This document shows positions 21,586 through 29,444 of a DNA stretch of 32,000 nt, piece after piece (within the stretch, counting starts at the first letter, position 1; each line of letters begins with the position of its first letter). Made by a program: the position numbers and the translations under genes. Origin of the DNA: Mycolicibacterium smegmatis (GTDB lineage Bacteria; Actinomycetota; Actinomycetes; Mycobacteriales; Mycobacteriaceae); the NCBI RefSeq assembly GCF_001457595.1, contig NZ_LN831039.1, forward strand, positions 450,001 to 482,000, in the 5' to 3' direction. The notes under the pieces were generated by a model. The model was not told where the DNA came from and did not search any database. It saw only the letters and a program-made list of their open reading frames with translations.

Positions 21586-23493
21586 TCAGCCCTTCCGTTC
21601 CGGATGCTCGGCCAGTTCTTCTGGGGTGTAGTACTTTTCGAGCTCCGAGAGCTCGAAGCACCCCAGCAGATCGGGTCGCATCGGCACCTGCTGCTCGGGT
21701 GTCACCGTCACGTCGGGAACCACCGGGTCACCACCTGAGACGCGGCAGACCAGCAGCGTGTTGCGCCAGTTGGCATCCATCTCCGGGTAGTCGTCGCGTG
21801 TGTGCCCGCCGCGGCTCTCGGTGCGCTGCAGCGCGGCTTTCGCGACGCATTCGCTGACCAGCAGCATGTTGCGCATGTCGATGGCCAGGTGCCAACCGGG
21901 GTTGAACACGCGCCCGCCTTCGACGGTCACATTGGCGTAGCGCCGCTTGAGTTCCTGCAGCCTGTCGAGCGCCTCCTGGATCTCGGCCTCCTTGCGGATG
22001 ATGCCCACCAGGTCGTTCATCGACTGCTGCAGTTCGGCGTGCAGCGTGTAGGGATTCTCGGGTTCGGCCTTGGGCTCGAACGGCGCCAGGACGAGTCGTG
22101 TGGCGTCCTCGACGGCGGCTTCGGAAACCTTCGGCCGGTCCGGAAGGGCCCGCACGTAGTCGGCGGCGCCCAGACCGGCGCGGCGGCCGAACACCAACAG
22201 ATCTGACAGCGAGTTGCCGCCGAGCCGGTTCGAACCGTGCATGCCACCCGAGCACTCGCCCGCGGCGAACAGGCCTGGGGTCGCGCCCGCAGCAGTGTCC
22301 GGATCGACCTCGATACCACCCATGACGTAGTGGCAGGTGGGGCCGACCTCCATGGCGTCCTTGGTGATGTCCACCTCGGCGAGCTCGATGAACTGGTGGT
22401 ACATCGACGGCAGCCTGCGCTTGATCTCCTCGGCGGGCATGCGTGACGCGATGTCGAGGTACACGCCCCCGTGCGGTGAGCCGCGGCCGGCCTTCACCTC
22501 GGCGTTGATGGCGCGGGCCACCTCGTCGCGGGGAAGCAGGTCAGGGGTGCGGCGTGCCGAGTCGTTGTCCTTGAGCCACTGGTCGGCTTCTTCCTCGGTC
22601 TCGGCGTACTGGCCTTTGAACACCGAGGGGATGTAGTCGAACATGAACCGCTTGCCCTCGGAGTTCTTCAGCACCCCGCCGTCGCCGCGCACGCCTTCGG
22701 TGACCAGGATGCCCTTCACCGACAGCGGCCAGACCATGCCGGTCGGGTGGAACTGGATGAACTCCATGTTGATCAGGGCCGAACCGGCGCGCAGTGCCAG
22801 CGCGTGGCCGTCGCCGGTGTACTCCCATGAGTTCGACGACACCTTGAACGACTTGCCGATGCCGCCCGTGGCGAGCACCACCGCGGGCGCCTCGAACAGC
22901 ACGAAGTTGCCGGTCTCGCGGTAGTAGCCGAACGCGCCGGCGATCTTGCCGTCGTCCAGGATCAGTTCGGTGATCGAGGTCTCGTGGAACACCCGGATGC
23001 GGGCCTCGTAGTCGCCGAGTTCACGTTTGTCCTCCTGCTGCAGCGACACGATCTTCTGCTGCAGGGTGCGGATGATCTCCAGGCCGGTGCGGTCGCCGAC
23101 GTGCGCCAGGCGCGGGTAGGTGTGGCCGCCGAAGTTGCGCTGGCTGATCTTGCCGTCCTTGGTGCGGTCGAACAGCGCGCCGTAGGTCTCCAGTTCCCAC
23201 ACGCGGTCGGGCGCCTCCTGCGCGTGCAGTTCGGCCATCCGCCAGTTGTTGAGGAATTTGCCACCGCGCATGGTGTCACCGAAGTGCACCTGCCAGGAGT
23301 CCTTGGTGTTGACGTTGCGCATCGCCGCGGCGCAGCCGCCCTCGGCCATCACGGTATGGGCCTTGCCGAAAAGCGATTTCGTCACCACAGCGACGCGCAG
23401 ACCGCGTTCGCGTGCCTCGATCACGGCGCGCAGTCCCGCCCCGCCGGCACCGATCACGACGACGTCGTAGGAGTGCCGCTCCAGTTCACTCAT
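21586..23493 (-). CDS. sdhA: Succinate dehydrogenase/fumarate reductase flavoprotein subunit (Sdh1 type)
   Basis: 635 aa. FAD dinucleotide fold YDVVVIGAGGAGLRA; AHTVMAEGG (covalent-FAD His region); HYVMGGI; GLFAAGECSGGMHGSNRLGGNSL. Confidence 0.95.
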   Translation of the reverse strand: MSELERHSYDVVVIGAGGAGLRAVIEARERGLRVAVVTKSLFGKAHTVMAEGGCAAAMRNVNTKDSWQVHFGDTMRGGKFLNNWRMAELHAQEAPDRVWELETYGALFDRTKDGKISQRNFGGHTYPRLAHVGDRTGLEIIRTLQQKIVSLQQEDKRELGDYEARIRVFHETSITELILDDGKIAGAFGYYRETGNFVLFEAPAVVLATGGIGKSFKVSSNSWEYTGDGHALALRAGSALINMEFIQFHPTGMVWPLSVKGILVTEGVRGDGGVLKNSEGKRFMFDYIPSVFKGQYAETEEEADQWLKDNDSARRTPDLLPRDEVARAINAEVKAGRGSPHGGVYLDIASRMPAEEIKRRLPSMYHQFIELAEVDITKDAMEVGPTCHYVMGGIEVDPDTAAGATPGLFAAGECSGGMHGSNRLGGNSLSDLLVFGRRAGLGAADYVRALPDRPKVSEAAVEDATRLVLAPFEPKAEPENPYTLHAELQQSMNDLVGIIRKEAEIQEALDRLQELKRRYANVTVEGGRVFNPGWHLAIDMRNMLLVSECVAKAALQRTESRGGHTRDDYPEMDANWRNTLLVCRVSGGDPVVPDVTVTPEQQVPMRPDLLGCFELSELEKYYTPEELAEHPERKG

Positions 23494-23575
23494 TTACTCT
23501 CGTTTCGCTTCGGATCGTCTCGTGGAATGTCGGGTGTGTCAGCCAGGCGGATCAGCGCACCTGGCAGTCGGCCTG

Positions 23576-24397
23576 TCAGCCAATGAATCTCAAGTCGGAG
23601 ATGGTCCCGCTGGCCACCAGCATGATGTAGAAGTCGGTGAGCACCAGTGTGCCGAGGGTGATCCAGGCGAACAACATGTGCCGCGTGTTGAGTTTGCTCA
23701 CCTGTGTCCAGATCCAGTACCGGACAGGATGTTTCGAGAAGTGCTTGAGACGGCCGCCGGTGACGTGGCGGCACGAGTGGCAGGACAGCGTGTAGACCCA
23801 CAACAGGATCACATTGCCGGTCAGGATGACATTTCCGAGGCCGAACCCGAAGCCGCTGGGGGAGTGGAACGCGGTGATCGCGTCGTAGGTGTTCACCAGC
23901 GAGATGAGGACGGCGGCGTAGAAGAAGTATCGGTGAATGTTCTGCAGGATCAGCGGAAAACGGGTTTCACCAGTGTATTTCGCGTGCGGCTCGGCCACTG
24001 CGCAGGCCGTCGGCGACTGCCACACCGACCGGTAGTAGGCCTTGCGGTAGTAGTAGCAGGTGAGCCGGAACGCCAAGAGGAACGGCAGTGAGATGAACGC
24101 CATCGGGATGAACCACGGCAGGTCACCCACCCACTGGCCGAAGTGGCTGGACCCGGGCGCACACGCCGTGCTCACGCACGGCGAGTAGAACGGCGTCAGG
24201 TAGTGGTAGTCCGCCACCCAGTACGCACTGCCCCAGAACGCCCGGATCGTCGCGTAGATGACGAATGCGGCCAGTCCGAGATTGGTCAACAGTGGTGCCT
24301 GCCACCACCGGTCGGTCCGTAGGGTGCGTTCGGGGATCTGCGCTCGCCTCGGCGAGAAGACCCCGGTCGCGCGACGGTCAGCGGTGGGTGCGCTCAC
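23576..24397 (-). CDS. sdhC: Sdh1 membrane anchor subunit
   Basis: 273 aa with multiple TM helices. Cys/His cluster SCHSCRH at 23765-23782, plus CVSTACAPGSSH. Position is immediately upstream of sdhA/sdhB, as in Rv0249c-Rv0247c. Confidence 0.85.
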   Translation of the reverse strand: MSAPTADRRATGVFSPRRAQIPERTLRTDRWWQAPLLTNLGLAAFVIYATIRAFWGSAYWVADYHYLTPFYSPCVSTACAPGSSHFGQWVGDLPWFIPMAFISLPFLLAFRLTCYYYRKAYYRSVWQSPTACAVAEPHAKYTGETRFPLILQNIHRYFFYAAVLISLVNTYDAITAFHSPSGFGFGLGNVILTGNVILLWVYTLSCHSCRHVTGGRLKHFSKHPVRYWIWTQVSKLNTRHMLFAWITLGTLVLTDFYIMLVASGTISDLRFIG

Positions 24398-24449
24398 GGT
24401 TTCCTTTCTGCGGTTCAGTTGTCGGCGTGGGCGTCAAACGCCCACGGGC

Positions 24450-24746
24450 TCAGCGGTATCCGCCGAGCCCCTCGTCGGCGACGTCCTGCCAGAACTCGGT
24501 TCCGTACTGTGTGTCGGGAACCGGGATCTTCTCGGTGCCCGGTTTCGTACGGGTGATGCCGTGGTGCATCTCGAGTTCTTCGGCGTCGATGTCGAGGCGG
24601 TCGATGTCGTTGAGGATGCGTTCGGCGTCGTTCGTGACGCGACGCATCGCCGGGGAGTCCCCGTACTTGGCCGCCAGCGTGGTGACGCAACGGCGCATGT
24701 CGCCGATCAGATTGTGCAGCTCAGCGAACTCTGTCGTGGTGGACAA
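24450..24746 (-). CDS. Conserved hypothetical 98-aa protein, first gene of the sdh1 cluster (position of Rv0250c)
   Basis: TTG start (rc of caa 24744-24746) with a strong GAGGAGG RBS upstream. The protein is acidic and soluble-looking: MSTTTEFAELHNLIGDMRRC... Confidence 0.7.
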   Translation of the reverse strand: MSTTTEFAELHNLIGDMRRCVTTLAAKYGDSPAMRRVTNDAERILNDIDRLDIDAEELEMHHGITRTKPGTEKIPVPDTQYGTEFWQDVADEGLGGYR

Positions 24747-24817
24747 GTGACCTCCTCGGGCTGAAGGGTGTCGTGAATCACATTACGACAACCGATGGTA
24801 GCCACATCACGATCCGA

Positions 24818-24835
24818 ACGTGACGCGCATCACGT
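24818..24835. promoter_or_regulatory. Candidate CRP/FNR-family operator (GTGA-N6-TCAC)
   Basis: ACGTGAcgcgcaTCACGT has perfect 6-nt inverted arms. It lies 72-89 nt upstream of the TTG start at 24746, inside a 264-bp divergent intergenic region. A -10-like TAATGT (minus strand, 24780-24785) lies between the site and the gene. Confidence 0.4.
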
Positions 24836-25010
24836 CAGCGAGGGGCGTGGTGCGCGGTGCGCATTCCCGGTGCCCTTCCGGCAAGGCGGTGTCGAGGCGT
24901 CGCGCCAGGCCGTGTCGCGGATAGGCAAACAACTCCGGTGACACCTTCTCAGCAAGGTTGTAGCCTCGGTTCGCGACATCTGTGGAGGGCCGGGAAGGCT
25001 GGGGGTTTGC

Positions 25011-25778
25011 ATGGGCAACACGCGCTCGGATGGGCTCGAGGCCAAGGCGGAAGCGCTGCTGGCACTGCACCGGCCCGGTGACCCCGGTGTGCTGCCCACG
25101 GTGTGGGACGCATGGTCGGCCCGGCTGGCGGTCGACGCGGGTTTCGCGGCGCTGACGGTCGGCAGCCACCCGGTGGCCGACTCCATCGGCAAGTCCGATG
25201 GCGAGAACATGGCGTTCGAGGATCTCCTGACACGGGTCCGCCAGATCACCGCGGCGGTCGAGGTCCCGGTGTCCGTCGACATCGAGTCCGGATACGGTGA
25301 GTCGCCCGAACGGCTGATCGAAGGGCTGCTCGACGCCGGGGTGGTCGGCTTCAACCTCGAGGACACGGTCCACAAGGAGGGCAAGCGCCTGCGCACGGCC
25401 ACCGAGCACGCCGAACTGGTGGGTCAACTGCGTGCGGCAGCCGATGCCGCGGGCGTGCACGTGGTGATCAACGCGCGTACCGACCTGTTCCTGCGCAACG
25501 ACGGTGACGACGCCGACCGCGTCGAGCGCGCGATCGCGCGGATGTCGGAGGCCGCCGCAGCCGGCGCCGACTCGCTGTTCCCCGCCGGACTGCGGGACCC
25601 GGAAGGATTGGCGCGGTTCACCTCCGCGGTGTCCCTGCCGGTTAGTGTGACCGTGCCGCCCGAGGACACCGACAAGGCCGCGCTCGCCGCGCTCGGGGTC
25701 GGGCGCATCACGTTCGGGCCGTTCCTGCAGTGGGCGCTCGGTGCGCAGGCGAAGGAAATCCTCGGGCTCTGGGCCTGA
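25011..25778 (+). CDS. Isocitrate lyase/PEP mutase family enzyme (2-methylisocitrate lyase / carboxyvinyl-carboxyphosphonate phosphorylmutase-like)
   Basis: 255 aa. VWDAWSARLAVDAGFAALTVGS, VSVDIESGYG and GFNLED are motifs typical of the ICL/PEPM superfamily. GGAAGG lies upstream of the ATG. Confidence 0.82.
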   Translation: MGNTRSDGLEAKAEALLALHRPGDPGVLPTVWDAWSARLAVDAGFAALTVGSHPVADSIGKSDGENMAFEDLLTRVRQITAAVEVPVSVDIESGYGESPERLIEGLLDAGVVGFNLEDTVHKEGKRLRTATEHAELVGQLRAAADAAGVHVVINARTDLFLRNDGDDADRVERAIARMSEAAAAGADSLFPAGLRDPEGLARFTSAVSLPVSVTVPPEDTDKAALAALGVGRITFGPFLQWALGAQAKEILGLWA

Positions 25779-25845
25779 CGCGACGAACAGCGCTCTGCCG
25801 GTCAACTCGGCATGTCAAGTGCTTCCGGCTGGCAAGATGCTGTGC

Positions 25846-26361
25846 ATGGTTGGCCACAGGATGTGTGCGGCGGCCTCGGCGCCCGTGACGGCTGTGTTGG
25901 CAATGGCGGCGGTCGCTCCCATGGCGGCGGCCGATCCGGGGTCTTCGGCGTCGGGCCTTGAGATGATCCCGCTGCAGAACGTGATCCGTCAGTGCGACTT
26001 CGTGGTCGAGCAGTTCTTGATGGGCCGCGGCAACGGAACCGGTTCCGGCGCCGTCGAGATCGGGTCCGTCGGCGACGGCACCGTACGCGCCGACGTGCGT
26101 ATGCAGACCCTGCGCCCCAACACGACCTACCGGGTCCGGCTGATCCAGTTGCCGCGGCCGTCGGTGGCGCCCTGCAATCCGGGAGATCCCGGGGTGGCGA
26201 CCGCCACGATGTTCGCCGATTTCGCGGGCAACGGGTCGACCACGATCACCGGCCGCCGCGAGCCGGGGGCGCGCCAGGCGTGGGTCGTCGTCGAGGGGCC
26301 GCCGGTCCCGGGCGGGGTCCGCGGTGACGTGTACTCCACGGTCACCCTCGCGAAGATCTGA
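25846..26361 (+). CDS. Small secreted protein of unknown function (start uncertain: 25837, 25846 or 25861)
   Basis: MVGHRMCAAASAPVTAVLAMAAVAPMAAA/DPGSS looks like a Sec signal peptide. The mature part is beta-rich with two Cys. The track start at 25741 overlaps the upstream gene. Confidence 0.6.
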   Translation: MVGHRMCAAASAPVTAVLAMAAVAPMAAADPGSSASGLEMIPLQNVIRQCDFVVEQFLMGRGNGTGSGAVEIGSVGDGTVRADVRMQTLRPNTTYRVRLIQLPRPSVAPCNPGDPGVATATMFADFAGNGSTTITGRREPGARQAWVVVEGPPVPGGVRGDVYSTVTLAKI

Positions 26362-26375
26362 GCCCGGAACGCGAA

Positions 26376-26406
26376 AACCGGTGGCACCACGGGGGTGCCA
26401 CCGGTT
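26376..26406. terminator. Bidirectional intrinsic terminator
   Basis: AACCGGTGGCACC (26376-26388), loop ACGGG, GGTGCCACCGGTT (26394-26406): a perfect 13-bp stem. It is flanked by GAAAA on the left (TTTTC on the minus strand) and CTTTC on the right. It sits between stops at 26361 (+) and 26439 (-). Confidence 0.8.
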
Positions 26407-26438
26407 CTTTCGGATCCGGATGTTGCCGAGGAGTGCGG

Positions 26439-26882
26439 TTACCGGCTCTCGATCGCGATGCGCTGAGGCTGCTCGCCCGCGTAGGCACCGGCGACCCGTA
26501 CCTTCAGTACGCCTGCGTCGTAGGACGCGGTGACCGCGTCGCCCGTGACGTGCGCGGGCAGCTTGAACTCACGGCGGAAGGAGCCGTAGCGGACCTCACT
26601 GTAGGTGCGGCCGTCGGATTCCTCGGAGCGTTCGTCACGTCGCTCGCCGTGGATGACCAACCGGCCGCGGTCGACCTCGACGTTGACGTCCTTGCCGACA
26701 TCCACACCGGGGAGTTCGACGGACACCACGGCGTCCTCACCGTCTCTTGTGACCTCGGCGGCCGGGGTGAATCCCTTGAACCAGTCGTCGGTGGTGGCCG
26801 GGCCGAAGAAGTCCCGCACCCAATTGTCGAGCTGCCAGGCGGGCCGGGTCCACACCGCGGGCGTCTTCATCAGCGTGCTCAT
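26439..26882 (-). CDS. hsp: Hsp20/alpha-crystallin small heat-shock protein (Acr2-like, position of Rv0251c)
   Basis: 147 aa with an alpha-crystallin core (PAAEVTRDGEDAVVSVELPGVD...VIHGERR...YGSFRREFKLP...ASYDAGVLKVRV). AGGGAGG RBS upstream. Confidence 0.92.
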   Translation of the reverse strand: MSTLMKTPAVWTRPAWQLDNWVRDFFGPATTDDWFKGFTPAAEVTRDGEDAVVSVELPGVDVGKDVNVEVDRGRLVIHGERRDERSEESDGRTYSEVRYGSFRREFKLPAHVTGDAVTASYDAGVLKVRVAGAYAGEQPQRIAIESR

Positions 26883-26941
26883 CGTTGTGCCTCCCTTTCT
26901 CGTCTTCTCGACCGGCCCCGTGCCGGTCTGTCACCTCTCAT

Positions 26942-26968
26942 AACTTGAGTCGACCACGCTCATGTTCC
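26942..26968 (-). promoter_or_regulatory. Candidate SigH/SigE-type promoter (GGAACA-N17-aGTT) overlapping a HAIR-like inverted repeat
   Basis: The minus strand reads GGGAACAtgagcgtggtcgactcaaGTT, about 60-85 nt upstream of the hsp ATG. On the plus strand, CTTGAGT-cgaccac-GCTCATG (26944-26964) matches the left half of the HspR HAIR consensus CTTGAGT-N7-ACTCAAG exactly and 5 of 7 positions in the right half. Confidence 0.5.
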
Positions 26969-27895
26969 CGCGTGGGAGTTCGCTCTCGGCGAACGCCGCA
27001 TCCGTACCGCGAACCCGGCCGAGGCGACCACGGCCGCGCCGCCGCACGCCGTTGTCCACGTGAGGCTTTCGTGCAACAACAGCGCGGCCCAGCAGATGGT
27101 CAGCACGGGTTGGACAAGTTGGACCTGACTCACCTGGGCCATCGGCCCGATGGCCAGGCCGCGGTACCACGCGAAAAACCCGAGGAACATGCTGACCGCG
27201 GCCAGGTAACCGAAGGCGGCCCACTCGCCCGCGCCTGCCTGCGGCGGGCGGTCGACGACGGCCGCCGCGGTCAGCGCCACCATCACCGGCGCTGCCACCA
27301 CGAGCGCCCATGAGACGGTCTGCCACGAGCCGAGTTCCCTTGCCAGCAGGCCTCCTTCGGCATACCCGATCGCCGCGGCGATCACGGCGCCGAACAGCAA
27401 CAGGTCAGCCCAGTGCAACTGGCCCACGCCGCCGCCGTGCAACATCGCGAACACCACCGCCGCGAGGGCCCCGGCGCCCGCCGCGGCCCAGAATGCCAGC
27501 GGCGGATGCTCACGACACCGCAGCACCGCGGCGACGGCCGTGGCGGCGGGCAGCAGGGCGATCACCACGGCCCCGTGCGTCGCGGGGACTGTGGTCAGCG
27601 CGTACGACGTCAGCAGCGGAAACCCGGCCACCACTCCCGCGGCGACCACACCGAGGCGCAGCCACTGCCTGCCCTGCGGCAGCGCCGCTCGGGTGAACGT
27701 GAGCGCCGCAGCTGCCAGCGCGGCCGCGACGACGGCGCGTCCGGCCCCGATGAACAGGGGCGAGAGGCCGCCGAGGGCAACGCGCGTGAAGATCACCGTG
27801 AACGAGAACGCCGCAACGCCCAGGAAACCCCAGCCCAGGCCCGCGCGGGATAGCGCGGGCGACAGAAGCGCAGTAGCGCTACTCTCATCTGACAT
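26960..27895 (-). CDS. EamA/DMT-family transporter
   Basis: Internal ATG (rc of cat 27893-27895) gives MSDESSATALLSPALSRAGLGWGFLGVAAFSFTVIF..., about 10 TM helices with two EamA-like halves. The 55-aa upstream extension in the track ORF is Arg/Pro-rich and overlaps the divergent regulator. Confidence 0.82.
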   Translation of the reverse strand: MSDESSATALLSPALSRAGLGWGFLGVAAFSFTVIFTRVALGGLSPLFIGAGRAVVAAALAAAALTFTRAALPQGRQWLRLGVVAAGVVAGFPLLTSYALTTVPATHGAVVIALLPAATAVAAVLRCREHPPLAFWAAAGAGALAAVVFAMLHGGGVGQLHWADLLLFGAVIAAAIGYAEGGLLARELGSWQTVSWALVVAAPVMVALTAAAVVDRPPQAGAGEWAAFGYLAAVSMFLGFFAWYRGLAIGPMAQVSQVQLVQPVLTICWAALLLHESLTWTTACGGAAVVASAGFAVRMRRSPRANSHAGT

Positions 27896-29303
27896 GGACA
27901 ACGATAGCACCGAGCGAATCGTGCGCGGGATGCGCCAGTGGATCGCCGGTGCGCCGCCCGGTGCGCAGTTGCCGTCCAACCGCGCCCTCGTCGCGCAGTA
28001 TGGCGCCAGTCCGGTGACCGTCGCCAGCGCGATGCGGACGCTACGAGGGCTAGGGCTCATCGAAACACGGCCCGGCGTAGGTACTTTCGTGCGGGTCAGC
28101 CGTTCGTCGCGTCCACCCGACTACGCATGGCAGACCGCGGCGCTCGGCTCGCCCCGCGCACGGATCCCGGTTCTGTCGGCACCCATGCGTTACGGTGCGC
28201 CCGATGCGGTAGCGCTGCACTCCGGATATCCTGCGCGGGAACTGCTGCCGCAGCGGTTGGTGCGCGCTGCACTCACCAGGGCAGCGCGCAGCGAGGCGGC
28301 GCTGAGCCGCTCGGCCGTCACGGGCCTGCCCGATCTGCAGGCGTGGTTCGCGCAGGAGCTCGCCGAAGCCGTACCCGCGGGCAGATCGGCGCCGGGACCT
28401 CGCGACGTGGTCGTGCTGCCCGGCAGTCAGAGCGGGCTCAGCTCCGCGTTTCGTGCGCTGGTGGGGCACGGGCAGCCGCTGCTCATCGAGTCACCCACCT
28501 ACTGGGGTGCGATCATCGCGGCCGCGCAAGCCGGTGTCCGCGTTGTGCCGGTGCCCAGCGGTGTGGACGGTCCCGACCCCGACGAGCTCGCGCGTGCGTT
28601 CGACGACACCGGCGCCAGGGTGTTCTACGCGCAACCCAACTTTGCCAATCCCACAGGGGCGCAATGGGGTACCGAGCGCGTCGAACAGATTCTCGATGTC
28701 GTCCGTGCCCGCAAGGCGTTCCTGATCGACGACGACTGGGCACACGATTTCGGTATCGACTCCACGGCGCGACCAGTTGCCGCGCACGACGACGACGGCC
28801 ACGTCATCTACCTGCGGTCGCTCACCAAGAGCGTCTCACCGGCGATGCGGGTGGCGGCCGTCATCGCGCGCGGACCCGTGCTGGAGCGCATCGTCGCCGA
28901 CCGGGGCGCCGAGTCGATGTATGTCAGCGGTGTGTTGCAGGCCGCGGTGCTCGACGTCGTGACACAGCCGGCCTGGCGCAGCCACCTGCGCGACCTGCGT
29001 GCACAACTGCGGCAACGACGTGACCTCATGGTGTCGTGCCTGGCCGAGCACGTGGATGCCGCTCACCTCGAACAGGTTCCGCACGGCGGCCTGCACCTGT
29101 GGTTACGCCTTCCCGACCAGACCGACCTCGACCGGCTCGTCCGTGACTGCGAGGCCGACAAGGTCCTCGTCGCGGCGGGCACGGAGTGGTTCCCCGCCGA
29201 GCCGTCCGGGCGATATCTGCGCCTGAACTTCTCCGGGCCGGAGCCCGACCGGTTCGAGGAGGCGGCGCGCGTGATCGGACGGTCGCTGCGCAGGCAGTGC
29301 TGA
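27894..29303 (+). CDS. MocR-subfamily GntR transcriptional regulator (wHTH plus PLP aminotransferase-like domain)
   Basis: The ATG at 27894 gives MDNDSTERIVRGMRQWIAGAPPGAQLPSNRALVAQYGASPVTVASAMRTLRGLGLIETRPGVGTFV, a GntR wHTH. A fold-type I aminotransferase domain follows, with the putative PLP lysine in YLRSLTKSVSPAMRVA. An alternative ATG lies at 27930. Confidence 0.85.
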   Translation: MDNDSTERIVRGMRQWIAGAPPGAQLPSNRALVAQYGASPVTVASAMRTLRGLGLIETRPGVGTFVRVSRSSRPPDYAWQTAALGSPRARIPVLSAPMRYGAPDAVALHSGYPARELLPQRLVRAALTRAARSEAALSRSAVTGLPDLQAWFAQELAEAVPAGRSAPGPRDVVVLPGSQSGLSSAFRALVGHGQPLLIESPTYWGAIIAAAQAGVRVVPVPSGVDGPDPDELARAFDDTGARVFYAQPNFANPTGAQWGTERVEQILDVVRARKAFLIDDDWAHDFGIDSTARPVAAHDDDGHVIYLRSLTKSVSPAMRVAAVIARGPVLERIVADRGAESMYVSGVLQAAVLDVVTQPAWRSHLRDLRAQLRQRRDLMVSCLAEHVDAAHLEQVPHGGLHLWLRLPDQTDLDRLVRDCEADKVLVAAGTEWFPAEPSGRYLRLNFSGPEPDRFEEAARVIGRSLRRQC

Positions 29304-29444
29304 CCCGGCGGTTGTAGCCTGACTGCGGTCCGGAGCTCACCGGTCGGTGACCTCACATGTGCGTTGCCGATGACGTGAGCACACCGTGATGGGGGCTTCA
29401 CACAGCGCGACATCGCGGCAATATCGGGTTCCTAGCCTCGCCCT

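Noticed and set aside
24807-25805. 332-aa minus-strand ORF opposite the ICL/PEPM-family gene
   Set aside because: The plus frame has ICL/PEPM motifs. The minus ORF would also run across the intergenic region that holds the CRP-like site.
29304-29444. GlnR box upstream of nirB
   Set aside because: I found only isolated GTGAC-like half-sites by eye and no convincing gTnAc-N6-GaAAc pair, so I do not call one without a matrix scan.
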